Counted from the first letter of the stretch, positions 1 to 13,312 are shown. The stretch: 50,666 bases of DNA from Bigelowiella natans CCMP2755 (GCA_000320545.1 ADNK01002760.1:1-50666), one strand, 5' to 3'. Translations and numbers: made by a program. The notes: generated by a model not told the origin, from the sequence alone.

Positions 1-101
1 CACTTCTTTTATCATCGACTTTGTACCTCTCATCCCAAAGCAAAAAAGATCGCGCCTCTGTCATATCTCATTGAAACCAATCCTTCTAATTTTTTACTTA
101 C

Positions 102-474
102 CTATCAAATTTTTGGCGCAGTTCTGTCAAAGAAACGCAATAGTTTCTGTTCTTCATGTCCTCCTCATCATCTTGCAGCGATTTAAAAACAACCTTTGTC
201 AAACTAGCGTCCTTTGAGGCTACCTGTATTGACAATACAGAGTTAATATAATTCTCGGAGCTTTGTGAGAGGGACATTCGAATTGAGACACACGTGTTTG
301 ATCTCGTCATCCCCCCCCCCCCCCCCCCCCCCTTCCCTTAAGGTTCGTATCTAACAAAGCACGTCGATGGGGAGAGGCGATGTCTTGCGTCTGGACCGCA
401 GCCACAATAGTAGGCGTGTGGTTGAAGGTGCCAATCTAACTATTCAATTCTACAAACTCTGCTACTATTATTAC

Positions 475-509
<35 letters not shown>

Positions 510-1268
510 ATATCATTACTGAGACTGCCCTTCTTTCTTGCGGTGTACCTTGCCGTCGTTGTCGCTGCCCCAATTTCTTGTTCTTTTCCTTCTTCTTCTT
601 CAGTGTGATCCTTTGGTGTACGCACTCGGGGGATCACAGACACTCACGGGCTACGTCCACAGCTTCAGTGATGATAAGTAAGTAAAAAGCTCACTTTCGT
701 CGCATATGTGTGTGTGGGGGGGGGAGAGACATTGCCTTAACAGCTTAATCTTAATAATGAAGAAATGTTCATTTTCTGCTACTACTGCTACTTCTGCTAC
801 TACTGCTAAATTAGATGATTCTCGTGTTGGGTGTATGAAACCCTGGGTTATTTCGGCCTTGTGAGGCAACCAGAAATTGAGGTAGACGTAGTAATAGTAG
901 CAGCAGCAGCGGTAGCCGGTGGCCATCGCCAAACAAACATCTACGACTACATGTTCCCTCCAATGTCGCAGAATTATTGTTCTTTCCGTGAAACGGTCAT
1001 GATGATAATTAATGATCGATGATATTCGGTGAGAAGAAGGGAGATTTTATTCCATTCAGCAACATACATAAGATGATAGTAAGGCTAGTACATCGCGCTG
1101 CATCTGTGTATAAGATTCCCTTTACTACTCACTTCCTCCTCACTCTCTTCCTCGTCATATCAGGTTGTGTGCTGCTCTGTCCTAGAATCGTCCAGCACTC
1201 CTATACCTAAGTCATCTATTGGTGACGAGAGGAAGGGCAGTTACCACGAGGCCCACGATGGCGAACAT
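102..1268 (-). CDS. possible 5' part of an intron-containing hypothetical gene running off the left edge
   Basis: One clean exon-like segment at about 102-223 (VASKDASLTKVVFKSLQDDEEDMKNRNYCVSLTELRQKFDR), bounded by CAG and GTAAGT on the minus strand. The other exons and the start are uncertain. Confidence 0.3.
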
Positions 1269-1589
1269 AAATCATCTTTTTCATGGTATTATTGCAACAA
1301 TCATCGGTAGTTCAGATGGTTTTTTGGGTATGGATGCGGTGCCATGTAAAATCATCTTGATGCAGTTTGGTGAAACAATAAGTTGTAGCTGATAGTACTG
1401 CTTATGGACACCATGAAGAGAGATTGAGAGAGAGAGAGAGAGAGAGAAAGGGGCGGGGGGGGTTTAATAAATTCCTCATATTTTACTTTGAAATTTCCCA
1501 AAATTAAAGACGAATTTCTATGCAAACATACAGTAATTTATCTTTCTTTCAATAGGCAAAGGGAAAACAGATTTATCAAAATATCGTTG

Positions 1590-2470
1590 GGAGGTGCGTG
1601 ACACCCGGACACTGAAACCAAACAGAGCTGCAGTTAAACAGCAGCTCCGCAGACGTTGTGCGAACATCACGATGCACTCGCGTTGTCGATTCTCATGTGA
1701 AACCAAGCGTGTAAACCATCCCAAGCGCGTTTGGCGGAGAGAGTCTCGATGGCGAGTCGGTTCGCATAGTTGTTGTTCACTTAGATGCAGGCATCATAGG
1801 AGCATTGCTATGATGTAGAAATATGCATCAATGTGAAATCAAGCACACATAAGCAATGCGATGTACATGCCCGTAAGATCTTTGCATGCAATCAATCGTG
1901 CAATGGTGAAGTGCCTGCAAGCTCTACACCTCATTGCACGGCACATGTAAATCTGCAGCGCTGACGCACATGGTGTCACGCACATGCACGGCAATCATTG
2001 TGAACATGATCGTCGACGACGCGCATGCACGCGCGGTGCACGTCTAGACGTGAAAGGATGATAATTCGAATGTATTTTGGCGGACGCTGCATGCGTGCCT
2101 GCGTGTGGCGCGATTCAGTGGCAGTTGTTGCCATGTTGGTGTCATTCGTGATCATGGGCTTGCGGCACAAGCTGACAATGACCACGATCGAATCTTGCGC
2201 CGATGCATGGCTTTCATCATTCTGAGTCAGAAATGATGAAATTGCTGTCATCGATCAGGCCAAGGCATGCGATGCATGGTCGCAACAATGACGACCGCAT
2301 AGCATCCATCGCTACGGTGTGCATTTCATTACGCATCCTACGCACACGTGTGTGTGCAGCATGCACAGGATTCGATCGTCGCACATGTTGCATGGTGTGA
2401 CGTCACCACTATCTACACGCGAAATTGTGTGCTCCTACACAAGGCGCGTCGTCCGTGCACAGCAATACGA
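1590..2470. other. TpA-depleted, TpG/CpA-rich intergenic tract (partial)
   Basis: No TA between about 2075 and 2298; dense TGCA/CATG/CACG words. Confidence 0.7.
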
Positions 2471-2639
2471 CGCAATGCGCAATTTTTATTTCTCTATAGC
2501 TATCGTTGTCGAATTTGACCACGTTCACAGGCTCAGTGATAAATGATCTCAAGACAAATAACAATGCTAGCAGCCCATGCACACAAACTTGCGTACGTAT
2601 GTGTAAGTTAATTTGATTGACGTTTTAAAGTAATTGCTC

Positions 2640-5600
2640 AAGGGAAATTGGTGACAGCTCTCCCTCAAGCATGTAGCAGTATAAATGCACCACACCAAAA
2701 GATGTTATTATTCACTGGGTGTTCTAGGGCGAAGACTAATAATAATGCTCTTCAACTCAAGATTGCTACAGGAACGTGATGGACAAAAACCTTAGATGCC
2801 AGCAGGGAAATATCCTGCGACATGGACGCATTGTCCACAAACTCCATAATATAGACGACATCGAGTCTTTTTATATTTTCAATAATGTACACAGGATTCC
2901 TCTTCCGCCTTCAAATAATCGTGCAGTTGAGTTTGCAGATTTGGCATTCCCCGGACATGTCAGATGAATGCGTGCCTGCCCGTACCATGCGAATAGTCTA
3001 GTCCAACGATCATCAACAGAAAAAAAATTAGCGGAACTGTGTGCTAATTTACCACTTATAAGGCTCCTCACCCCCCCCCTCCCCCCATTCTCTCTACATA
3101 CAAACACCGTTTAACGTTATAAAAGCCTACCGAGATATCCTCCCTTTCTACTTCGGTGTGGTGTGTAACATCAGTGGCATCTGCAGTTCCTATTTCTCCA
3201 GGATCGCATTCTAACTTTTCATCCTTATCCGTGCATTTGGATGATGCTATTCCTTGCATATGGCGGGAGTCGCTGTCGTGGGCAGCCATAACTTGATCAT
3301 TGCCGGTAACAGGTTTTGTAGGCTCAACAGTCTGGGGCTCCGTGCTATCCTTCCCTTCAGACATTTGCTACAATCGAAAACAAATGGGCAAGACAAAAAC
3401 ACAAGTTTAATATGAGAACTGAAAAGCTATATATATATTTGTTTCTTCAGCCAAAACTAAACGCTGTAAATATGTGGGAGATGTGTGCTAATGACAATCT
3501 ACATCTCAAAACTCCTCGTTTTTGACATCCTAGTTCCCACTCATATTTCCTTATGAACCGCAAGAGTTCTTTTGAAAATCCAGATTTGAAATGAAACCCA
3601 ATTCAACTACCGTAGGCTGGTGCTGCGTGGGTTTCGGGACGACGCCCACAAGCTCGTTTTTATTGGAATATGAAGGATTGTTCTCTACCTCCGATGAAGT
3701 AGATATTATCGAATTATCACGCGGTGTGTTGAGATTCTCATACGATGTCTGAAGATCGAACAAGGTTTCACGTTAGCTTGTTTTCGCGCAGCGCATTGAA
3801 GGGTTATGAAGTATATACTTTCTCATCGTAATAGAAAAAGGAGTCACTTGAAACGCAGGAGAGGGAGGAAGAATGGCGACACTCATCACGACATCTTCCG
3901 TTCTAGGAAATTCACACTTCGGCATATTGCACTAACGGTATAGTTGGTAAACAGCTACTAACCTTGTGCTTCTGCATTAGGAGCTGCATCTTCGACATGC
4001 GCCTATGAAGCTTTTTATGCAATCGCGAAGATGCTGGGGGTACAGCCGATGACGAAGATGATGACATGTTCCGTTGTTTCAACTGAGCAAGGATAGAGGA
4101 AATTATAGAACAAATCTGACGAGTGAACAAGCTATTTGATACAGCACTTATGCTTTGTTCAACCTTGTGAAATTTCTTGGTTAAACGCCTGAAGCTTCGC
4201 CTCCCCCTTAGAAAGAGTCGAACGAGTGGAAGGGAGCAACAGTTTCAGGAGTGATTGCGTGCTCCTTGTACATTAACGGAAAAGCATTTAGACTCATTTT
4301 AAGTCCTCTTTCTCCGAAGACTTATCGAAAATGGCCTGAATTATCTTGTGATTTAAGGTTAAAATATTGTCTTAGGGTTTTTTTTTCCAGTGCGAATGTC
4401 CTCACTTGGCAGAGAGCAATATCTCAAGCAATGTCCGCCAGGTTGTGGCGTTTGGGAGAGAAGACGTATGTTCGGACGGTTGACGTTTAGTAGTTTCCGG
4501 GGCGTTTTCTGGTGTACTTTCGTAGATCTATTCGTTTAATTCATAAACATGCTCGTGGTTAGCGCGTTGGCGGATTCTCTTGGGATGAATTCAGGTAGAA
4601 ACACTTCCGTTTTCTCTTGGTTGGAATTGTTTTCATTGTTGTTGTTCTCATGAGTGCCGGGACTAGTAGGAGCTGGGCTATACTCCCGACATCTCCCACA
4701 GTGTTCGAATCTGATCCAGACCTACGAACACGAGAGTGATGAATCTCGACGATCAAAACTCATCCGATTCTAGGATTTCCCTTCGAATGACTGAGATTTC
4801 TCCTCGAAATAGAAGGATAATGGAAAACATCCAAAACAATCGGTTGACAGAGTGTGTCTGACGGCATGACGTATTTTTCAGGCGGAGGGACATGGATCAC
4901 ATCGAGAATGGGTGTGAATCACATTCTGCGACATAAATATATGGTTGTCTCTGTAAGATATTTATGGTTTGCGCTCTTACTCGTTTACTTTTTACACAAC
5001 TGCTGAGGTAGCTCACGGGTATGGCTCTCGCTTTGCACATGCGGGGAGGGGAGGCAGTAGTGTGGCATTTTTTCCCTATCCTAATCATCATTCCCCTCCA
5101 TGTCCCTGGATCTATCACGCTGTATCAAATGCGGGGTAAAAATAGCATTATCTTTTCACTTAGCAGGTCGTCTAAATCGACGGATGCGGCATCGATATGC
5201 CGTTGGAGACGATACATGGGGTAGCACCACTGGAAAATCGTCTTCCAAAGGCGCACAGGCAACATCCCGACGGGCCGTTGGGGTATGGCCTCGCATTCCC
5301 AAGTTGTGCTCTTAGCTGAGACTAATATCACCTACTTTTGTTCGATTTGCCTCTTCCTGTCCTCTTCTATGCCAGATTGTGCTATCTGTACTCGCAGTCC
5401 TCTTCCTACTCAAAATTATAGCCAGCTCCATCTTAAATCCTCTGCGAAGCTTTTTAGAGACAGTGGAGGTGATTTGTTTTGGAAAGGATTTGTTATGTAC
5501 ACGTGTGTAGATCAAGCCCTCTCTTACGTTAGTATTGTAAGAGTTTGTGTGTGCGCTTTCCCTTCTTCTCCACTTCTGTCCACCAACTATCGGGACCCCC

Positions 5601-6838
5601 CCCACCACCCTCTACCCTCCTTTCTTTAATTATCTGCAAACTTGCTTTTACGAGATCACATTTTGAGCAGTTTTGTTCACTTGCTTCGGTCGGTTGCACT
5701 TACGAAATCTTTTTCACATGTCTCTGCCTGCTTTACGTTCTCTACACTGCAGATCATGCTAACAACATGTGTGTTTCTGTGCGTGTTTTCCTTCTTTGTG
5801 CTTTTATTTTTTTCGTGGACGGATGCTTGCCACTGTCCATCGTCGGTTATGATCTCAGATACGAGCCGATAGTCCGAAGCATATGCTGTAATAAAAAAGA
5901 ATTCTCACCAATAACATGTCTAATTGCCCTGCTCATCATGCACCAGTCGCACGAATTCTAGCATCGAACACTATTCTTCCAATTAGGTATTTTTATTTGG
6001 CCTCACAGCTTATGTTCATCCCCACTCCTCTGCCGTTTATAATAACGTTTTACGTTCTGGCCGCTGGGTAAAGAGCGTAGTAGTACACACTACCAAACAA
6101 AAGACTACAATGACAATCCTGATATGAACGCCACCAAAGACGACTGGGCATAAGTCCATTGGATAAATTTCATTTATTTTTTTTTCCATTCATGATTGAA
6201 TCCATTCGTATGCCCGTACTTATATGTATATTCCTAACTTAGATACTTCTTCAAAGCACGAGGGTTTCTTCTGCTATTCCTATCCTTCATAACAGGTGGC
6301 AAACAGTTACGTGTAGCTGGACAGTCATCAGTATGCTGCTCATTTTGATCCAGAATGCCATTGCTTAATCACCAACTCTCCGTCGTCTCTCACTGCTATT
6401 CGAGAAAAGAAAATACGAGGGATAGATCATCTATTCCTAGTGTTGTCCCCCCCCCCCCCGTCACGAGGCGTATTTCGGATTTCACAGATTCATTTGAAGA
6501 CGTTTCATTTGTTCGTTCAATTTGCAGGCATTCCGTTGAGTTTCAAAGCTGGCCGGGTCCTTAAGCATTTGGGATTTAATGTTCGCCGACACTTCAAGTC
6601 ACGGTACGAACAACTGCACATATTGCGTAAGCAGTATCTCTTCAACAACACGTACCATCAATGGCTACTCGGTTTATTTCTCTACTATATTTGTATATCC
6701 CTTAATACCCCCCCCCCCCCCCCCTCTTTTCCACTCATCTTCGCCTCCCATTTTTTATTATCTCCTTCCTCCTCATTTTGTCGCTATCTGACCCGATTGC
6801 CAACATCCTGGCATACCTTATCATTTGGCAGTGTGCTG

Positions 6839-6888
<50 letters not shown>

Positions 6889-8440
6889 TATATATATAAT
6901 ATTCATGTAATATATAAAATACTATCAAGGGGTCTTCGCGGTGGCCTAGAGTACTTTGATTCGCTCCGAAACGTGTTAGCCGAAAAGCCCATTCGAATGT
7001 AAGTTGTACCATGCCATGATGATAGAAATATGTGGTTATTATAAGCCAATTGTTTATTTACTACACAAATAGAAAGAGGAAGAAGCATTGAATGTATGAT
7101 GATATCTTAGATCAAATAAGTAGCAAACTCGTATGCATTCGTTAAAAACAAAACTCATTTTTGCCCTTCCTTTCTTCTATCCATAAACAATACCAGGTGC
7201 TTCATGCTGATGTGGGCGCCATTGCCGACTCAACTCCTGCCGTTTCTCGTTGGGTTTCTCACGGGTAATATAATCACCAATTAGTTTAAGATTACATTCT
7301 AGATCTAAGATTCCTTGGATAGCCAGAGTGTTGATCGTGAGTAATTTAGTCGGTAATTCAAGTGGTATGAGAATACTTGGAGATTTTATGAAACTTCTTC
7401 TTTTCGGCCTTGAGCTGTCATCACCTTGTTGCCTCTACTGTTTGTTTGGTTGTTGCTGGTGGTGTATCTACTGGAAATCGTCGTCGTCTTTAGATATAGG
7501 AACGAAAGAGTTTATACTGGGGGCTGTTCCTTCCAAGTTGATACACTTCTCATGCCCGCTTATCATTGGCTTAGAAGCGTCGTCTCTCTCCTCAGTAATG
7601 CCCATGCGGGGGAATGGGATAGAGGAGAGGAGAAGGGGGAGGGAAGTGGTCGCCATCTTCTTATTTTTTCCATGCTCCTAGTATGGCACTTGACGTTGCC
7701 GTTGCTGTTTATAAAACAAACACTGTCTTTGGTATTCTGGTAGGCCCTCGCTGGAGAATCCACAAGCTGGTTGTCTCTTATCGTCGTGATCCTTCCAGTG
7801 GCACTGTAAGTCCGTTGTTATCGTAGTAGCGGAGTGCATGGTTTAGCGACGAGATCGATCCCTTCCCCTCTCTAGCCTTGCGAATTCGCCAAGCATCATC
7901 CTTATTGTCATCATTATCATCACCATCACCATTAGCATCGTCATCATCGTTATCACTACTACCAGGTCAATCATACTTCTGGCAGCAATGGCGTACTATG
8001 TCAAAGGCGCACTCGTGAAAATGAAGAACGGAGTCACAGTAATGTTATATGAAGATGTATTGTAAGATATCGCTCACTGATGATGATGATAGCAGTACGT
8101 GCAATAATCTCCTTCCTTATATGGCATTATCTCGCTCCGGGAGAAAATACGAGAGAAGAGGAAGAAAACAAGGAGCAAGGAGAGGAATGATATATTGAAG
8201 AGAAATGTTCATGATGATGACAACAAATTCTGTATTAATTCGAAAATGGAAAGTTCTTTCAGATCGTAAGATTTCACGTGATCTTTTTCAGGACGACGTC
8301 CAATATGCTGAAAAGCTCATCGTGTAGTGAGGGAAAACTTATACAGGCCATTTGCGTTATTCCATCAACAATATGAACTTCAGTGGTTAGAGTAGATGGA
8401 ATTAAGAACGAACGCACTGCTGCACATGAGATCTTCTGAG
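2640..8440 (-). CDS. multi-exon hypothetical protein (possibly more than one gene); ends approximate
   Basis: Series of minus-strand exon-like ORF segments flanked by AG/GT, e.g. CAAVRSFLIPSTLTTEVHIVDGITQMACISFPSLHDELFSILDVVLKKIT, WECEAIPQRPVGMLPVRLWKTIFQWCYPMYRLQRHIDAASVDLDDLL and RKRNPVYIIENIKRLDVVYIMEFVDNASMSQDISLLASK. No domain recognised. Confidence 0.45.
6846..6898. repeat. (TA)n microsatellite in a probable intron
   Basis: Directly visible. Confidence 0.95.
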
Positions 8441-9560
8441 CACAAAATATTCCGAGCTGTAACATAGAGTAATTTTGTCCATAAAATAGAATTTTCTGTT
8501 TTCCCCACATGTGACATCAATTGTTAATCATTGTCATGAATCTGATCATCATCAGCATCATTCTCCCGTGCACACGTTCTGCCATGCTAGCATGGTTGGT
8601 GAAGTGTGAGAAATGGCACACATCAACGCATGTGTTGTCGCGTGACCGCCATCAGCGATGCGATTAGCGATCCACTGTCAGTGGCATGGAACTTGCTGAA
8701 CAGCCAACGTGTGCTGGTGTGTGCGAATTCAATGTGGGAGCTTGCAGACGGCGTGTCAGCATGCTGGTGTGCCCACATGCTCGTTGAGGCATTTTCCTGT
8801 TCTCATTGCGCCACACGGTTGTTGCCACCGACAGGGTGAGCATTTCCAGATTTGGTGAGACTGCATGAAACGAAGAACACACCAAACGCACTCAGCACAA
8901 TCAAGCTGCCGCCTTGCTAGCTTGGCTAGTTGGCGAAAAGTGCCGGCCAGCTGCACGCATGTCTGCATCACGAAACAGAAACAATCGAGCTGAGGAATTG
9001 ATTGTTGAGCCAAGACATTCTGTCCCACGTTTCTGACTTTTCCAGCGAGCATGCGTCTGTGTCATGCGTGCGGAAACGCTTCCGCAATGTCCACACACGC
9101 ATGCCCAAGAAGTGTTTGCTTCACACGGCAACGAAAAAACGTCGTGGGTCACGTGGAGAACACACGAGAATCGCATTGCTGTGTGCACTCAACTTGTTCA
9201 GCACCCAAGTGACTCTTGCAGCTTGTTGCGAGAAAGAAGACAGAAATGAGAGTTTCCATTGGAACATTGAACGTCAAACATTGAAAATTGAACTGCGCAT
9301 TGTTGCAAAATGACCCACGTGCGCAATGAGCACTGCTGAAACGGACTCAGCTAGTCAGTGCCAACGAAAAATTTCTGAAGCAGGCATCGGGTGTGTCATT
9401 GAGGCATGATGAGGCAAAGCGACAAACCCAATTTGATGATCGTGTCCAAAAAAGGAGACGGAGACATTCAGTGAAAAAACAATTCCAAAAAACACATCAG
9501 TTTTCGGCCTTGTGGTTGGGAGCAAGCAAGATTCTGCGGGATGTGAAGGATGTCAGGAGA

Positions 9561-9608
9561 GAGCGGGGATCTGGAAAGTGGGTAGAGCAGGGATCTAGAA
9601 AGTGGGTA
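9561..9608 (+). repeat. two-copy 24-bp tandem repeat
   Basis: gagcggggatctggaaagtgggta / gagcagggatctagaaagtgggta. Confidence 0.9.
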
Positions 9609-9803
9609 GATCTAGAAGAACATTGAACATTGATGAACATTGAACATGTCATGGATCGATGGTGGGTAGATTTGTCCAGTAGTTTTCTCCAGGGGGGGTA
9701 GTTTTGTCTCCAACTCGCCTGTCAGGAGATGGGCACAGCTCGAGATGGAGAAACACCGAAAAACGCCACGGATGATGTCCCTTGCGACAACGACCTCACT
9801 GCG

Positions 9804-9823
9804 ATTCTGGAATTCTCTCGAAC
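9804..9823. promoter_or_regulatory. putative heat-shock element upstream of the sHSP gene
   Basis: TTC-tg-GAA-tt-CTC-tc-GAA, i.e. alternating nGAAn pentamers with one mismatch, about 270 bp before the HSP20 ATG. Confidence 0.55.
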
Positions 9824-10087
9824 TGCTGTCCTCAATTTCCAAAACACAGGAGGTTTGATTGATGCGACACCCGGGATTCGAAGTCTTTGAATGAAAATCA
9901 ACAGGACATTCACTCCCAAAACAACCGAGATGTGTCTCAAGATGTGTCTGGAAATGCTCCAGAAGAAGGCCGGAAGGCATCCCGAAAGTCCCGAGCAGAA
10001 GACAGTGCACAGCTCCTCCATTCTTCCATCACCATCGTCAAAACTCAAAACCCCAAACGAACAACTAACAGCAACTTGACGAGAACG

Positions 10088-10813
10088 ATGTTCCACAACT
10101 ATCATTACCCTGCAGCAGCAGCTATGTCCCTTCTGCGGCCAGGATTTAGACGACCGTTCTACCACGCCTTTCCTGACCTTCGCGATTTCTACAGTGCCGC
10201 TGACTTCGAGGAAGCTTTCGAGTCGATGTCTCGTGACATGAGGAGACTGAGACTTCAGCACGAACAGTTCCTGGCCAGGTCTCCAATGACCGGATCCCCA
10301 AGAAAGAAACAGAAGATAGAAATCCCAATAACCAACGAATCGGCATCGACATCTGAGGCTAAAAGCGTGACTGATGCTAACAAGGAGGGGGAAGGAAAAA
10401 TGGCAGCTGACACAACGGCAAACAAATCAGTCTCCAGAAAAGAAGGATTTAAAGACATATTCTCCAATGAATTCTCAGGTGATTGGTTTGTCGGACTGCC
10501 CTCATCCTCCTCTCTGCTACAAAGAAATGAGGAAGCCGACCGATACGTCTACACACTGGACAAAGCTATTGGAGACATCAAGTGCTCGGTGAGGGATAAC
10601 ACCCTTCACATCGAAGGGACAAAGGAGGAAAATTACGATAACGGTTACTACAAAGAGAGTTTCACTCGCTCTTTCTCCCTCCCTGCGAACATACAGACTG
10701 ACAAGGCGAAGGCAGAACTTGTTGACGGCAGACTGAGCATAAATATCCCAAAGTCCAGTCCTTCCAAGATGGAGAAGGAAGATGCTACCAGCAAGCAAGA
10801 TGCTCAAAACTAG
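10088..10813 (+). CDS. HSP20: small heat-shock protein (HSP20/alpha-crystallin family), intronless
   Basis: C-terminal alpha-crystallin domain: DIKCSVRDNTLHIEGTKEE...SFTRSFSLPANIQTDKAKAELVDGRLSINIPK. The first in-frame ATG is at 10088 (alternative 10124). Confidence 0.92.
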   Translation: MFHNYHYPAAAAMSLLRPGFRRPFYHAFPDLRDFYSAADFEEAFESMSRDMRRLRLQHEQFLARSPMTGSPRKKQKIEIPITNESASTSEAKSVTDANKEGEGKMAADTTANKSVSRKEGFKDIFSNEFSGDWFVGLPSSSSLLQRNEEADRYVYTLDKAIGDIKCSVRDNTLHIEGTKEENYDNGYYKESFTRSFSLPANIQTDKAKAELVDGRLSINIPKSSPSKMEKEDATSKQDAQN

Positions 10814-11099
10814 AGCCATGATGTAGCATGATAGGACAATTATAGACATGTAATATCATGACATGTATGCAACATGTATAGAAATGTGTATACATCATCT
10901 ATGCAAAATTCATGTCTAGTACTCATGTACTTTGAAGATAACAAATAGTATGGGCCATTTGCCCAATTAGACATTTTCACATTACGTAAATGATTCACAT
11001 TAAGCCACATGCTATGTCATGCATTGTGAGCTACGCATTGCCGAATTCTAAAGAGCGATGATGATGAAATTTGCATTTTTATCTTGTGCGTACGTAGTG

Positions 11100-11143
11100 C
11101 GCTTGCTGTGCTAGCACAGCGCACTGTGCATGATGGCGTAAGT

Positions 11144-11187
<44 letters not shown>

Positions 11188-11515
11188 GCGCTAGAGCGTG
11201 CGGAAATCATGCCACAAGTTTAACGAATGCATGCTGTGAACAGACATTTCCTAGATTTGCATGTTGATGCCAAGCTAGAGACTAGTAGATTGCAGTGTGT
11301 GTGTGTGTGCATCTCTAGAGCTTGTTCTGTATTTGATTGGTGTAGCTTGCACAATTCAAATGAAGCAATGGTGTTGATCGAATTTCGGCGTCGATGATAA
11401 AAAAGAGGAAACGCAGCACTTCATTGATTGGGTTGTCTAGTTGTGCGGCAGCCGAACACAATCTGTGAGCAAACAGCTGTCACATGCCAATCTTCTAGCT
11501 CACGGTGGCAACGGG
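11100..11515. other. partially TpA-depleted tract containing a (CA)n repeat at 11145-11186
   Basis: Most surviving TA are in CTAG/GTAG. Confidence 0.65.
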
Positions 11516-11518
11516 AAA

Positions 11519-13277
11519 TTAAATTTCCTCAATGATGGGTAAATATCCTTTCTGCCTCCTTGAGTCACTCACATTACTTGTAAATCCTGAATTTGTCATT
11601 AGAAACCGGTTGATTGACAATGAAGATAGCAAAGTTGACAAGGAGGGTGATACTGAATGGCAATTCACTACTATTCCATTGTCGCAGACTCTCACGGGAA
11701 AGAAGAAGAAGAAGAATAAGAAGAAGAAGAAGAGGAAGAAGGAAAATGGAATCAACAACATGGCGTGTTGTCGCATTGATCAGACATCAAAGGCGTCTTC
11801 AGCATTGTAACCGATTATTTTTTAGTCATAGTTATCTTTCTTCTTAGAACTGAATTTCCCCAGAATCCCCCCCACCCAATCCGCAAACATCCAACGCTAC
11901 TATTTCAGCCTCTCACCATCCTCTGTGGAATCGTGGAGAGCGATCGTTATCGGGGCGTCATCAAAGAGGAAGAAACGCCTAACGCAGCGGGATTTACGGA
12001 AGCACCACACCTGGTAATAATTAACATAGTTTATGATGCAACTGTTGTTGATGATGATGATAGGAGGAGCCCAGAACGACAAATAAAGAGAGCAGATCTG
12101 ACTTCTAATCATGCAGAGGGGAAAATGATGTATTTGCATTTTGGTGCTGCTATGGCGTACCCCTCCCCCCCCCCCCCCCCCCCCCTGTTCGATTCTCTTT
12201 GTAAACATCAGCAAACGTAAACCGAGATAGATAGAAAAATCCCACGCAACTCACCGCTCCTGTTGTGAGAAGTACTGCACATGCCACTACTACCATAATA
12301 ATCGTAGCCTGGAAATGGATGGAGATGATAGCATGGCATTGTTAGGAAGAAGAAGAAGAAGAGGCTAAGAGGGCGGCTGATGCTTCATTTCATTACAAAT
12401 TCAGATGTGGATATTACTGGTCTATATTTCACTTGCATTTCCCCAATTATATACGTTACAGTACCACTTGCAGTGATTCCTCTGCTTTTCTAGTCTCTTC
12501 ATCACTGGGTGCCCCCTGCTTACAGCCAGGACGCACACACACGCACACACACGCGCAAATACGTCATAGTTGTCATGGGCTTAAGTTCATATTTCAGGAT
12601 ATCAGAACTGCACACGTGAGATCTGCTTTCGAAGTGTCGCGGGGTATTAGCGAGAAATAAATACCGCTATTTAGATATTGGTAATAAAGTTATCTACTCT
12701 AAATGCAGCAACGACCTTGCCCCTTAGTTGACCACAGGTGAGATCAATCGCATTTTTGAGGCAGACGTAGGCACATGTGGTGTCATCCTCTTTGCATCTA
12801 AAGGATATAGATGTGCAACAACACCCCGAGTTATCACCATCAAGATCCGACTTCGTCGTTCGTAAAGACCGGAAATATATGGATAATTTCCTACAATGTC
12901 AAATCTTTAAATCATATATACCCTTCCTGGCATCTCGAGGTGATATCCTACATTAATAATCGGTCGTGCAACAAGAATTAGTATGGCGTTGCTTCAATAT
13001 CATTTCATCAAACTATCTATCAAATCAGAGTGCACACGAAGTGGAAGAAGGGGGGCAGGGACAAGTGCACTGGCCTAGTAGAATTGGTCTATATGAATAC
13101 TATTGACGGCGACTTACCGATACGCATTTCGGGTCGTATTTCGATTGACTGTTCGGTATCCTCCCCGTGCAAGAAGCTTCTAAGCATTCTCCGCGCGACA
13201 TATTCTTCGATCCGCGGAGGGGAATAAGGAAGAGTAATGGATAAGGAGAAGGAGTTACAGAATAATTATGATGATGG

Positions 13278-13312
<35 letters not shown>

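Larger units (their letters stand above)
8527..10064. other. strongly TpA-depleted intergenic tract
   Basis: Manual count gives 12 TA in about 1540 bp, all followed by G (6 CTAG, 5 GTAG, 1 TTAG). Confidence 0.92.

Noticed and set aside
8606-9626. Overlapping Cys/His/Met-rich ORFs on both strands (also at 1594-2546, 18404-18786 and 35317-36305)
   Set aside because: Artefacts of stop-codon loss and TG/CA-rich codons in the depleted tracts; no domain-like sequence.
8527-10064. Explanation by CpG methylation decay or classical RIP
   Set aside because: CG remains plentiful, and TA is lost rather than gained.
9887-10087. 67-codon N-terminal extension of the HSP20 ORF
   Set aside because: It starts at TTG and stays open because TA depletion removes TAA/TAG stops; it is more likely promoter/5' UTR.
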